From: a virus
Direction: 5' to 3' (one strand)
IMG/VR virus record: IMGVR_UViG_3300027833_001604
Location: 45,014 to 109,013 of that record
Length of the DNA stretch: 64,000 nucleotides
Shown here: one piece after another, positions 8,625-18,933 of the stretch
How the letters are laid out: the number at the start of each line of letters is the position of its first letter
How positions within the stretch are numbered: the stretch's first letter is position 1
Notes under the pieces: generated by a model
Seen by the model: only the letters and a program-made list of their open reading frames with translations
The model's database searches: none
Told to the model about the DNA's origin: nothing
Position numbers and translations under genes: made by a program

Positions 8625-9843
8625 CAATGTATCCTTCAAACTCAGGACATGCTTCAAGTAGTTTACCACGTTGCAGTTCATCCATTTTGAGATTGTAATC
8701 AACAAACTGTTGCCATAAATCTTCGTGCCAATCTTCAGCTGTCATATACTTTAGTGTGTCCATTACTTTAGGCCACTTTTGGTATGGTAGTAAATTTAAT
8801 GCTGCTTTTTCTTTTAATGCCACAGGTAATACACGTATGTTCATACAATCTGGATGATTAAGAATATTAAGATACACTTGATCACCTTCCAATCCACGTG
8901 ACTCTGCAAAGTCCAATAGTTCATGTAATGCACATATGTTAAGTGCTTGAACTGTGCAATGTATTTGAATATCTACATTATCAAACGTGCTTAATTCATC
9001 AAAGTTTTTCTCTACTTTTTCCCAACTACTTGGATAACGAATATATCTATCACGATGTCCAACTGCATCAATACTACAGTTAAGTTGCACACGTTTAAAC
9101 TTACTCCAGTATTCAATCATCTTAGGTGGAATATTAGTTAGGTTAGTATTATATTTTAGTTTAATTCCACCTGCTAAATCATTTTCAATACAATAGTCAA
9201 GTAATTTATATTGTGATGTAGCTAGTGTAGGCTCACCACCTGTTAAGTATATCTCTTGAACTGTATGTGCAATGTCTTGGAAGTTTAGCCCTGTCTTTTT
9301 AAAGTCTGGCCATTCAGTCATTACGTTCATAAACTTTAAAGTCTCACCTGTAAGTTCTACTGGTGGATCTAATTTCGCTGTTGGAACTACTGCATTCCAA
9401 TCTTTAACCCACATGCTACTTGCCCAAGGATTACACATTCTGCATTTTAAATTACATAGGTTGCCTAAACGTAAATCAACATAACGCACATCCACTGGAA
9501 TCTTAGTATCTACTTTAACATCATCTGTCCACCACTTTTCATTAAAGCCTGCACGTGGGCTACGAATGCCTGCGTCTTCTTCACGGAAACAACGAACACA
9601 CATCTCTGGCTTTTCACCATTGAGAAACTCTTCTCTGATTTTTGTGTATGTAGGACTGTTCCATACTTCTTCTAAGTCATGTTTATAAATTTTAAACGGC
9701 TTGTCTGTTTCAGGGTTTACAATTTGATTTGTATTAGGATTACTGTTACAACACACCCTAAAGCTACCCGCAGCATTTGTTGCCACATGCATAAACGGTA
9801 GCACACAAAATGTCTTACTTGGTAATGGTTTATCTGTTTTCAT
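8617..9843 (-). CDS. N-terminal twitch-domain radical SAM protein
   Basis: CVLPF...VCC...CVRC then CNLKCRMC, TGGEP. Confidence 0.92.
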   Translation of the reverse strand: MKTDKPLPSKTFCVLPFMHVATNAAGSFRVCCNSNPNTNQIVNPETDKPFKIYKHDLEEVWNSPTYTKIREEFLNGEKPEMCVRCFREEDAGIRSPRAGFNEKWWTDDVKVDTKIPVDVRYVDLRLGNLCNLKCRMCNPWASSMWVKDWNAVVPTAKLDPPVELTGETLKFMNVMTEWPDFKKTGLNFQDIAHTVQEIYLTGGEPTLATSQYKLLDYCIENDLAGGIKLKYNTNLTNIPPKMIEYWSKFKRVQLNCSIDAVGHRDRYIRYPSSWEKVEKNFDELSTFDNVDIQIHCTVQALNICALHELLDFAESRGLEGDQVYLNILNHPDCMNIRVLPVALKEKAALNLLPYQKWPKVMDTLKYMTAEDWHEDLWQQFVDYNLKMDELQRGKLLEACPEFEGYIDV

Positions 9844-9845
9844 TA

Positions 9846-9962
9846 TTATTCTCGTTTTGATAGTTTGGATTGTTTGTTTTTACCTGACAGGTAACGGACC
9901 TCATCTGGCTCTCCAAACAGTTTTGTCCACCACTTTGTGATTAAGGCTTCCAGTTTTTTCAT
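9846..9962 (-). CDS. small basic 38-aa protein
   Basis: MKKLEALITKWWTKLFGEP..., GAGA RBS, fills the intergenic gap. Confidence 0.5.
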   Translation of the reverse strand: MKKLEALITKWWTKLFGEPDEVRYLSGKNKQSKLSKRE

Positions 9963-9989
9963 ATGTTTCTCATAACGTTACTATTTATT

Positions 9990-10961
9990 TTAAATAAAGT
10001 CTTGGTAGTTAGTACCATGTATCTCATCCATAATTTCGCTTTGTTCTATTAATATCTTTCTTAGTATTCCATCTTGCATTGCGTCAGGCGACATAAATGC
10101 TGGTTTTATTACAGGAGTTGATTGAAAGTAGTTTATTTTATTACTGTCACACCAATCTATTATTTCATCTAAGTTGTTTCTATTAAACACCATAGGAAGT
10201 ATAGTCACAGTCATATGTGTGTTCTTAGGTTTTTGCTTATTAAATATAACAGCATTTTCACTAGTTGTCAACCAGCTAGAACCAGGGCGTATGTATTCAT
10301 AACGTTCACCTACTGCTTCTATGCTTATGTTTATTTCTACTCTTCTAAACTTCTCAAACAAATGATTCCATGCTGTCATGTCATAGCTTCCATTTGTTAT
10401 TAAGTGTAATTCAATTGCAGATGCAACATCTTCGTCAATTAGACGTTGTATTATTTTCTTTACTTGTGGTATCATAAATGGTTCACCACCTGTAAATTTT
10501 ACAATCTTTGCATCTAACATAAGATGACTGAACTCTACTGCCTGCTTTGCCCAACGTGTATTAGGTTTATTATCATATTGCTTAGACCAATTTTTATCTT
10601 GGTTATCTCTAACTATATTTGCCCATGTGCTACTGCTTGTCATATTACACATTCTACAAGCAAAATTACAAGTGTTGTTTATCTTTAAATCCCAATGCTT
10701 AATTCCTACTTCGTTTTCAAATTGCTTGTTATATGTTGTGCGTAAACTATCTCCTGTGAGTTCTTCACTTAGTTTACATTCAGCACATTCATCTAGCCAT
10801 TCAGTTTCACTACGCTTTCCCCATTCAGCATGACGTGTTTGCCAGTCGTCGGTCCAGAACAGGTTTTGTGTTCCTTGTTTTACTTCAAATGCACAACATG
10901 GCCTTACTGCTCCAGTAGGTCCTATTGTTACACCGTTTTTAAATATCGAACATCTTGGCAT
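9990..10961 (-). CDS. N-terminal twitch-domain radical SAM protein
   Basis: CSIF...PCC...CAEC then CNFACRMC, TGGEP. Confidence 0.92.
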   Translation of the reverse strand: MPRCSIFKNGVTIGPTGAVRPCCAFEVKQGTQNLFWTDDWQTRHAEWGKRSETEWLDECAECKLSEELTGDSLRTTYNKQFENEVGIKHWDLKINNTCNFACRMCNMTSSSTWANIVRDNQDKNWSKQYDNKPNTRWAKQAVEFSHLMLDAKIVKFTGGEPFMIPQVKKIIQRLIDEDVASAIELHLITNGSYDMTAWNHLFEKFRRVEINISIEAVGERYEYIRPGSSWLTTSENAVIFNKQKPKNTHMTVTILPMVFNRNNLDEIIDWCDSNKINYFQSTPVIKPAFMSPDAMQDGILRKILIEQSEIMDEIHGTNYQDFI

Positions 10962-11694
10962 AATTTTTGTTTACTATTCTCTTAAAATCGTCAGTTGGTC
11001 CACCATCGAATATCATATGTATACGTGGCTCTTCGCTACGATTCCATACTGCATGATAATGGCCAGTGTTAATCTTCATTGCCAGTCCAGGCTCAAATGG
11101 CATAGTGCCGTAATCTTGTATAACTAGTTTGCACCCATCTGGATTATTAATGGCTACATTAGTTGCACCTAGTCCTGTCATTCGTTCTCTGTCTTGATGT
11201 GGTCTAATCCAACCGCCTGGTAGTAGTGCCATAAATCTAACACGACTAAAGTTTTCGTATAGCATTTCATCTTGCATCCATTCTTTAGTAATTGGTGTAA
11301 ATTTACTAATGTCTGTCCAGTCACTTAATTCATGTTCTGCTTCGTCTGGCATTCCGTAATCTTCTGGACAATTAGTATGCACACTACTCATACCATGCAC
11401 ACATAAACTTAACCAGCCACCGCCGCTGTTTGCTCTGTGTAAACTAAAGCATTCAGTTTCTAGCAAGTGTATTGCTTCTGCATGTATTTCTTTCCATGGC
11501 ACATTAATATCTGGTAATGCTACCCATGGGACTCTTGTGTTATCACCAACGTCATTTAAATCTTCTGGTATAATTTGTTCTTTGTCAGCACTACCGGGCG
11601 AGCGTTGTGAATGTTTACGTTCGTTAGCGTAGAACCACTCCTTTGACTCTTCGTCAATTTCTTCCCAATATGCTAAACGTTTATAATCTTTCAT
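10939..11694 (-). CDS. AspH/LpxO-like 2OG-Fe(II) oxygenase
   Basis: LLPGGWIRPHQD ... HYHAVWN...PRIHMI. Confidence 0.8.
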   Translation of the reverse strand: MKDYKRLAYWEEIDEESKEWFYANERKHSQRSPGSADKEQIIPEDLNDVGDNTRVPWVALPDINVPWKEIHAEAIHLLETECFSLHRANSGGGWLSLCVHGMSSVHTNCPEDYGMPDEAEHELSDWTDISKFTPITKEWMQDEMLYENFSRVRFMALLPGGWIRPHQDRERMTGLGATNVAINNPDGCKLVIQDYGTMPFEPGLAMKINTGHYHAVWNRSEEPRIHMIFDGGPTDDFKRIVNKNYAKMFDI

Positions 11695-13172
11695 TATATT
11701 ATTCCTGGTAACAATCTCATGTTTTGATACTCGTAGTATTCACCACCTGGTGTATCACCTGAGAAATATATAGTTTTGTTATTTTGCAATAACTCGTTGA
11801 ATAGATCAACGAATGCCGCTTGTGCATTAAAGTTTGGTGAGTTAATATAATTGATTTCATATTGCCAGATATTACTTAGTTGTAACAATGCTATACGATC
11901 TTTTCCAATTAGACTTGATAAACGTTTCCATTCTTTTACTATGTCAATTTTAATAAATTGATGATCCAGTGTTCTAATAAAATCCCAATGCTCTAACCAA
12001 TCTTCTTCGCTGTCATAACTTTCAATAAAGGCTAATGCATTTTCTTTGTCATACCAGATAAACTCATCACTTGGTAATCCCAAGTCAGTAATCACATGGA
12101 AGTTATCTTTATAGAACTTATCAAAGTCTAATCCATCCCAATGTTTTAATAGATGTTCTGTCCAGCCAATACCAAACGGACTAAAGTCTGTCCATAATAT
12201 ACGCTTGAGTGTATCACGTTGATGACTGATGTGCTTAAACTGATGTAACCCACTACACGGAACTACAAGTGTATCAATGCCCAGTGGGTCACCACCTGGA
12301 ACATGTTCTGTATTAGTAACATACATAATATGTGTGTCCATTACTTTATATTGAAATAGTTCACGCTTGTCATCATTTACTAAATTATATCCGTAACTAC
12401 GACTTTCGTCAAGGCTAAGTCTTGTGTTAAAGTCATAATCAAAAAACCATTCTTTTGTAAATTCTAAATCATCTTCTACATAGCAACATATCTTATGATT
12501 ACGTATATCGTAATCTAAGTTATGTATTGTTAAACCATTTAAAAATGCTAACGGAAATAACGTATTAAAAAAGTCATCATTAAAATCTTCTGGCTTATCA
12601 ATTATTTCGCTGTCACCGTCAAACACTGCATCTTTGGCAGATACCCATGTAGGGGTGTAGTTATCATGCATATGTTCAGTTGATGATCTATAGCTTGGAT
12701 GTTGTTGTAACTGATCACCAATATTCTCTAAACTTTCAAACTGTGATAATAAAGGTTCAAATGCTTTAAGGTTAAGAACAATGCATTGCTCATGCCACTT
12801 AGGAGCCTGTCCTACATAGTCTATAATATGACCAGCTGCTAACCAATCAGTTTTGTTCCACTTGTTATCTATTGCATTTATTACTTCCTCGTCAAACTCT
12901 GTTTCGCCTGGCCAATTCCCATCAAACCAAATCACAGCATTTTGATATCCAAGAATACATAGATGTCTAATAGCATCTCCAAAAAATCCTTCACGATATC
13001 TATCACAATGCAAGAAAGAATATTCTGTGCTGTTGTTAATATTGATTTGCATAAGTTTTTTTAGTTTGCCTGCATAAGCATCTTCTTCTTTTAAAGCAGG
13101 ATGCAATACTTCATTGAAGAACACATGAACTATCTTATTATCTTTTAACTCTGGTTTTATTTTTAAATACAT
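11694..13172 (-). CDS. hypothetical two-domain protein, paralog of 13172-14623
   Basis: Shared motifs LGY..A..WF.G.W, Y..NTE, W.DF, W.G.DF, SNI..Y. Confidence 0.8.
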   Translation of the reverse strand: MYLKIKPELKDNKIVHVFFNEVLHPALKEEDAYAGKLKKLMQININNSTEYSFLHCDRYREGFFGDAIRHLCILGYQNAVIWFDGNWPGETEFDEEVINAIDNKWNKTDWLAAGHIIDYVGQAPKWHEQCIVLNLKAFEPLLSQFESLENIGDQLQQHPSYRSSTEHMHDNYTPTWVSAKDAVFDGDSEIIDKPEDFNDDFFNTLFPLAFLNGLTIHNLDYDIRNHKICCYVEDDLEFTKEWFFDYDFNTRLSLDESRSYGYNLVNDDKRELFQYKVMDTHIMYVTNTEHVPGGDPLGIDTLVVPCSGLHQFKHISHQRDTLKRILWTDFSPFGIGWTEHLLKHWDGLDFDKFYKDNFHVITDLGLPSDEFIWYDKENALAFIESYDSEEDWLEHWDFIRTLDHQFIKIDIVKEWKRLSSLIGKDRIALLQLSNIWQYEINYINSPNFNAQAAFVDLFNELLQNNKTIYFSGDTPGGEYYEYQNMRLLPGII

Positions 13173-14623
13173 TATTCGAATCCTATTCCTCTATTATCTG
13201 TTGCACTAAGAATTGCACTAGCAGGACACATTAAATCATTATCATTTATATCTGTTCCACTAAACCAACTATCTTCGTGTGTGTTACATACTCGTTCTAT
13301 CATTTGTGTAAAACTTGTTTCAAGTGCAAACGGCTTTGCCATTAGTTTTGGTGTGATATAGCTATATATGTTACTACTCCAAAATAATGTTTTGCTGTCA
13401 TCCATTTGTTTAAACATATCATCGTGGTCGTATATTAGATCAATGTTAAAATATTGATGATTACACTGCTTTACTTTATTCCAAAACTCTAACCACTTTA
13501 CTGGGCCATCAAAGTAATCAATTACTCTCGACCAACGTTCGTGTGCCATTGCTACTAAACGGTCATTACAACCTGGGTGTGCGTGAACCCACATGTCTAC
13601 CCATTTTGGAAAGTCTTCTCCGTTCCAATGCTTTATTGTATCACGTTTAAACTGAACACTATCAGCGTCAAAGTCAAACCATACAAAACGTGTATTCTCT
13701 GTCATTCCATACTTGTAAGCATAGTATAGAAGCTTAAAACCAGCCGTAGCGCCTACGTATTGCTCAAAGTTAGTATCTAGTGCTTGTTGTGAAATACTTG
13801 GGCTACTAGGCTCTGTATTAACGAAATAGATAGGGCTAGTTGGCCCATGTATTCTACTGATTAATCTATTGCCTTGATTAGATACAACGCTATTATTGTA
13901 TTCTTGTCCTGTAATACCCTTTTCAAATTCTGTTGTTCCCATGTGTGCTTTAGGCGTAAAAACATGTTCCATTAGGTTATCTGATAATCCCCACACTGTA
14001 AGATTTTGAATGAAACTAAGTTGCATCCAATTGGAACCAAAGTTATGTTGATTTGAAAAATGCTCAGGACGAGGATCTGTAAACTTCCAATCAGGGTGAA
14101 CATTAAGTCTGTAGTCACTGTCCTCGTAATTTAAACTTGTATCATAGTTTATACATTCTGGGTGATGTTCTGATTCCCAATATGGACTTATGCTGTTATG
14201 TTTAATCCATTGTGGTATGTTTATTACTAGTAAAGTTCTTTCAAAGTAAGGATACTTGTCATTACCAGTTCGAAGTTGTCCACTAATGATCCAATTTGGA
14301 TCTTCTTTATTATTACGATCTATTTCATTTAGTAATGTTAAATTAAAATCCATTGTATCAGGCCATACACCTTCAAACCACAAACATGCATATTTGTATC
14401 CTAATTTGTTCATAGCTGTTAGCCATGTTGCATCATATTGATTGTATACATTAACAATACCACCACGTAAATGATTGTTACATTCTACATCTTGCAATAC
14501 ACTAAGTTTTTGTTTTAATATAGGTGTGTCATTGAGTTCTTTGTCAAGTGGCAAAAATGCATTAACGATAGGCCAGCTACCATCCACATGATTATATTCC
14601 CAACTTTGTTGACCTTGCTTCAT
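13172..14623 (-). CDS. hypothetical two-domain protein, paralog of 11694-13172
   Basis: Same motif series; translationally coupled. Confidence 0.8.
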   Translation of the reverse strand: MKQGQQSWEYNHVDGSWPIVNAFLPLDKELNDTPILKQKLSVLQDVECNNHLRGGIVNVYNQYDATWLTAMNKLGYKYACLWFEGVWPDTMDFNLTLLNEIDRNNKEDPNWIISGQLRTGNDKYPYFERTLLVINIPQWIKHNSISPYWESEHHPECINYDTSLNYEDSDYRLNVHPDWKFTDPRPEHFSNQHNFGSNWMQLSFIQNLTVWGLSDNLMEHVFTPKAHMGTTEFEKGITGQEYNNSVVSNQGNRLISRIHGPTSPIYFVNTEPSSPSISQQALDTNFEQYVGATAGFKLLYYAYKYGMTENTRFVWFDFDADSVQFKRDTIKHWNGEDFPKWVDMWVHAHPGCNDRLVAMAHERWSRVIDYFDGPVKWLEFWNKVKQCNHQYFNIDLIYDHDDMFKQMDDSKTLFWSSNIYSYITPKLMAKPFALETSFTQMIERVCNTHEDSWFSGTDINDNDLMCPASAILSATDNRGIGFE

Positions 14624-14754
14624 TTAGCTGCTTGCTCCAACAGTTGATTTAATTTAATTCGTAACTTGTCTAAATGCTTGTCGCTAATTTTTTCAGCCTC
14701 GCATACACTTATACGTTCTTTTATGATTTCAATTTCTTTTAGAATATCTTTCAT
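14620..14754 (-). CDS. small 44-aa coiled-coil protein
   Basis: MKDILKEIEIIKERI...; GGAGG RBS; ATGA overlaps at both ends. Confidence 0.6.
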   Translation of the reverse strand: MKDILKEIEIIKERISVCEAEKISDKHLDKLRIKLNQLLEQAAK

Positions 14755-14930
14755 TCAATTTTCCTCCAATGATGTGTGTCTTGTTCAGTTGGCAGTTGGC
14801 CAATATATTCTTCACCTGTTTCCATATCTATTAGTTTCCATTTGCTTGGACATTTAGTCTTTACTTTTAATGTTATTGCTACATCATAAGCAGGCACTTC
14901 TGCACCACTGACTCTTAACTTACGGTTCAT
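14751..14930 (-). CDS. small 59-aa hypothetical protein
   Basis: MNRKLRVSG...KTKCPSKWKLIDMETGEEYIG; overlaps both neighbours. Confidence 0.65.
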   Translation of the reverse strand: MNRKLRVSGAEVPAYDVAITLKVKTKCPSKWKLIDMETGEEYIGQLPTEQDTHHWRKIE

Positions 14931-16162
14931 TTACTTTGTCTTTCGTTTTCCTGTGCTACAATGTCCATACCCTCAAGTGGCATATTCAAATAAGTCTTAA
15001 CCATTTTCTTTAGGTTTATATCTTGTTTATAACGTTCTTCTATATCACGTGTATACTTTCGCATACGAGCATATATCATATAATCGCTTTGATTGTTTTC
15101 CATGTAGGTTGCAAACCTTTTCATCTCTGGATGTTCGTGTTGGTTAGCTCGTAACTTTCTAATAATAGCATCTCTGTAGTCGCCTTGCCAGATTGCTGGA
15201 GACAAATACTTAGGGGTATGTAGTATGTTGGCTGTAATAAACTTTAGGTCAACTGGGCTGTCTTTCCAAAACTGAAAGAACTCTGGCATTTGATATATGT
15301 TGTGTGCTTGCACTGTAATACCAGCGGCAACATCAATTCCAGGTTCATTGTTTAGTGCCATCATGTTAGCGTAAACTGTATCCCAATTGCCGTCTTGTCT
15401 AATGTAATTGTATACATCATCAATACCGTCCATACTTACTTTAATGTTTACGTGTTTAAATTCATTCCATATTTTAATTAAGTCATACTTCTTAAACTTA
15501 ATATAACTTAGATTAGTAGCATAACGTAATTTTATTTTCTTCTTAAGATCCTGTGGTATTCCAGCTAACAAGTCGTAGTGTTCTTTATTAATGATAGGCT
15601 CACCGCCAGTAAACTGTAGTGTATGCACTGTGTCCCATAGTTCAGGCCATTCATTTAAACTAGCAAACAAATCAGTTGGACGCAACAAACGTGTTTCATA
15701 TCCATCTTTAGTATACTTGCTAATGATGTCTAAGTCTGCTACACGCTTGTAAGAACTGTGTGTGCTACACATAATACACTTTAGGTTACAGAAGTTACTT
15801 ACTTTAAGTTCCACCCAGTAAGGCGGGTTGTTGACGCTGTAATCGTCATTTACGCTTATCTTATCTGCAAATGTATCCCAATTATCTTTTTCCCATTGTA
15901 TGCGGTTGCTAACGATTCCACTGTCCTCGTTGTGCCAGCACACTTCACAGCGTTCTGGTCTTTCGTCATTTGCTAAGGCCCGTCTTAGCTCTTTATAGTT
16001 GTCGTTATTCCAGCTCTCAAGTGCTGACTCGCCTGGGTTATTCAATGGGACTTCTTGTGCTTCGCAACATGGAACCATGTCACCACCAGCACTGCCATAG
16101 ATATGCATATACGGTAGCATGCAAAAACTTTTGCTATTTTTGAGTTTGTCTTTGTTAATCAT
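14927..16162 (-). CDS. N-terminal twitch-domain radical SAM protein
   Basis: CMLPY...PCC...CEVC then CNLKCIMC, TGGEP. Confidence 0.92.
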   Translation of the reverse strand: MINKDKLKNSKSFCMLPYMHIYGSAGGDMVPCCEAQEVPLNNPGESALESWNNDNYKELRRALANDERPERCEVCWHNEDSGIVSNRIQWEKDNWDTFADKISVNDDYSVNNPPYWVELKVSNFCNLKCIMCSTHSSYKRVADLDIISKYTKDGYETRLLRPTDLFASLNEWPELWDTVHTLQFTGGEPIINKEHYDLLAGIPQDLKKKIKLRYATNLSYIKFKKYDLIKIWNEFKHVNIKVSMDGIDDVYNYIRQDGNWDTVYANMMALNNEPGIDVAAGITVQAHNIYQMPEFFQFWKDSPVDLKFITANILHTPKYLSPAIWQGDYRDAIIRKLRANQHEHPEMKRFATYMENNQSDYMIYARMRKYTRDIEERYKQDINLKKMVKTYLNMPLEGMDIVAQENERQSK

Positions 16163-17370
16163 TAGTAAGGTATATACTCTATTTTATCTTTATACTCTGC
16201 TTCACACAAAGTTTTTAATCTGCGTATGCATGGCTCGTTAAAATCAAAGCCACGTATTTTCCAAATATGTTTTAGGTTAGCCAAATAAGCTGCACTGAAA
16301 TCTTCAGCACCGTTTGGCTTACACATATCTTCTACTAGTTTTTTCATCTTGTTAACACGGTTAGGATTGATAACCGTTTCATTATACTGATAACGAAATG
16401 CGTCTAGTAGTTTTTCTTTAAACCAATCAGGCCAGTGTGTAACACTAAGGTTGTTTGGTTCGTATACTGTTTGTAGTATAACATTATTTACTTTCTTTAC
16501 ACTGCGGGCCCAAACAACAAAGTCAAACAAGTATAGTATATTCATAATACTAATTGTGCATGCTATATTAACTTTAACTTTGTCTGGATACTCTTGCTTA
16601 AATGCCAGCCACTTGTCTAGTGTATCTTCTATCTTTTCCCACTTGCTAGGATAACGTATCATGTCATTAAGTTTACCATGTGCGTCAATACTCATGCTAA
16701 GTGTAAGTTCTTTGAATTGAAACAATGCATCATATTCTGCTTTCTTTGGCCAAAATGTGCAATTGCTAAAAATTTCCATATGTATCTGTGGAGCCAATCC
16801 TGCGTCTGCAAGTCTTAAAACAAACTTCATAAACTGTGGATGCAAGAATGGTTCACCACCTGTAACTTTCATATGCTTTAGATGTTTTAATGCATCCAAG
16901 TCAATTGAATCAAAATCTACAACTTGATTCTTTTTTAGTTTAGTAATCAAGTCAATTGCTGCTTGTGAGTTTTTGTTAAACTTCAAGTAGTCGTCATCCC
17001 AATTGTGACTAAACTCTGGTCCACATGTTTGACATGTTAAGTTGCATAATCTACCCACTGTAATTTCTAAATACTCTAAACGCACCTCATCAGTAAAGTC
17101 TGTAAAGAACTCATCTGCTTCAGTTCTCATACTGCTACCTTTGGTTTCCTCATCAGCTTTACATTTGTAGCAACCAGGGTGCCATTCATTACGCATCATA
17201 GTTTCACGTATGTCAGTGAACATCTCACCATACACGTTAACATGTTCCTTGTCGCTTTCTTCTAGAAACCTATCATGGAATCTACAACAAGGTGTAGTTG
17301 GAACACCATGCATAATCATACCCGCTTTAAACGGATATGCACATGCGTTTTTAGGTAGTTGTTTAGACAT
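16162..17370 (-). CDS. N-terminal twitch-domain radical SAM protein
   Basis: CAYPF...PCC...CYKC then CNLTCQTC, TGGEP. Confidence 0.92.
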   Translation of the reverse strand: MSKQLPKNACAYPFKAGMIMHGVPTTPCCRFHDRFLEESDKEHVNVYGEMFTDIRETMMRNEWHPGCYKCKADEETKGSSMRTEADEFFTDFTDEVRLEYLEITVGRLCNLTCQTCGPEFSHNWDDDYLKFNKNSQAAIDLITKLKKNQVVDFDSIDLDALKHLKHMKVTGGEPFLHPQFMKFVLRLADAGLAPQIHMEIFSNCTFWPKKAEYDALFQFKELTLSMSIDAHGKLNDMIRYPSKWEKIEDTLDKWLAFKQEYPDKVKVNIACTISIMNILYLFDFVVWARSVKKVNNVILQTVYEPNNLSVTHWPDWFKEKLLDAFRYQYNETVINPNRVNKMKKLVEDMCKPNGAEDFSAAYLANLKHIWKIRGFDFNEPCIRRLKTLCEAEYKDKIEYIPY

Positions 17371-18356
17371 TAAAGCCAGGTACCCTTTTGTTTGTAGTTT
17401 TTAAGTGCATGTCTAATGTTTACTCTATTATACACGCCATCTTTTTTAAATCGTTTCCATTGTTCCGCCTCTGGTGCTTGTGCAATGTGTATTGTATTAG
17501 TTGGCTCAAGTCCGTAGTGTTCACATAGTTCTACGTGTTCTTTCATATACTTCTTAGGCATAGTGTCAGGGCTAAAATTTCTCATAAGCTCGTTTGCAAT
17601 GCATACGTTTAAGTGAATACCATGCTTCCATTCTGTTTGCACTGCTAATGCGCCTTCGTTTAGTTTACTGAATACGATACCTGCACGCCAGTTACCACAG
17701 CTAAGACCTTTTGTAGTGCTGAATGCAACCATCTTAATACACTTTCTATCAAGGTTAATTTCAATACCGTGACATGTTCCAAACCAAGCCATGTCTACAA
17801 ATACAGGAATGTCGTTTGCATCACAGAAGTCTAACGACTCTTCCATCTTGCTATGCTTTGCACCAGTGCCACTAAATGGCAAACTAATAAGCAATGCATC
17901 GCCTTTTTGCAATGGAGTGTCATCAATGTAACGATGGCTTAACCATTCTTCGCCTAGGATTGCGTCTCTATTGTATGGATACTCTCCACGGAACATACGG
18001 AACTCACGTCCATTTTGTAAACACCAGTAGTGCCACCAATCCATTCCTTGTGTAGTTCCTAGGCTTACAAACCTATTTGGATAACTACGTAAGCCTTCAA
18101 TTTTATTTAACTTACTGCTTTCAATCCAATCTGGATACAATTCTAAATATGCATCACATTCGTCTTGCATACTAAAGATATCCATGTTGCCAAACACATG
18201 TTCAACTACATGATCATAAAACGGCATATTCCAAATACTGTTGCCGTTTGTTTCAAAAATTTCAGTTAGCTTTTTTGCTTCTTCTACATTAAGATGATCG
18301 AACGGACTATAGTGCGGTGTCATCTCGGTTCTGCTTGTTACTTTTTCATTCTTCAT
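17370..18356 (-). CDS. fold-type I PLP-dependent enzyme (aminotransferase-like)
   Basis: VFVDMAW (PLP Asp), FSTTKGL (Schiff-base Lys), WRAG. Confidence 0.75.
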   Translation of the reverse strand: MKNEKVTSRTEMTPHYSPFDHLNVEEAKKLTEIFETNGNSIWNMPFYDHVVEHVFGNMDIFSMQDECDAYLELYPDWIESSKLNKIEGLRSYPNRFVSLGTTQGMDWWHYWCLQNGREFRMFRGEYPYNRDAILGEEWLSHRYIDDTPLQKGDALLISLPFSGTGAKHSKMEESLDFCDANDIPVFVDMAWFGTCHGIEINLDRKCIKMVAFSTTKGLSCGNWRAGIVFSKLNEGALAVQTEWKHGIHLNVCIANELMRNFSPDTMPKKYMKEHVELCEHYGLEPTNTIHIAQAPEAEQWKRFKKDGVYNRVNIRHALKNYKQKGTWL

Positions 18357-18933
18357 AATCTAAATCCCTTAATAAAACTTCTTTCCAACGCTCACCGTCA
18401 AAGAATAATAATTTTGCACGAGTTGAATTGACTTCCATATAAGAAGCTAGTGTTCCTGCTCCTACGGAATGATCCATTTTATCAGCATTGTATATGTTAT
18501 GTAATCGCACCGGTGCATTAATATCTACCTGTTTTGCGGATGCATTAACAACTACTTTAACATCTCTGTCGTTAAGTGATTTTGGAGTTCCAACCACAAG
18601 TTGAGCTTCGTGATATTTACTTGTTCTATATACACCTCTAAAAGCTGCGGTTGTAACTGTAATACTTTTCTCATTGTCTACTTCAAGTGAGTTTGATATA
18701 CCAAAGTATATTTGTTGTCCTACATTATCTTCAAAGTTTCCGTTAATTGCTGAATAGTCATGTAATATTCCTCTAAACAAATCTTCATTGTTTTCACTTG
18801 GAATTTTATCCCATCGCATATTTGTTTGTAATGGGTAATCAAACGAGTTAAAATCGGTTTTATGGTTCTCAAACTTTTCTATATCAACTGGCTTAATTTT
18901 TTTGTGTGTGTGACGTGCTGGTGTAAAATTCAT
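18346..18933 (-). CDS. hypothetical protein
   Basis: Coupled ORF with no recognised motif. Confidence 0.7.
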   Translation of the reverse strand: MNFTPARHTHKKIKPVDIEKFENHKTDFNSFDYPLQTNMRWDKIPSENNEDLFRGILHDYSAINGNFEDNVGQQIYFGISNSLEVDNEKSITVTTAAFRGVYRTSKYHEAQLVVGTPKSLNDRDVKVVVNASAKQVDINAPVRLHNIYNADKMDHSVGAGTLASYMEVNSTRAKLLFFDGERWKEVLLRDLDYEE

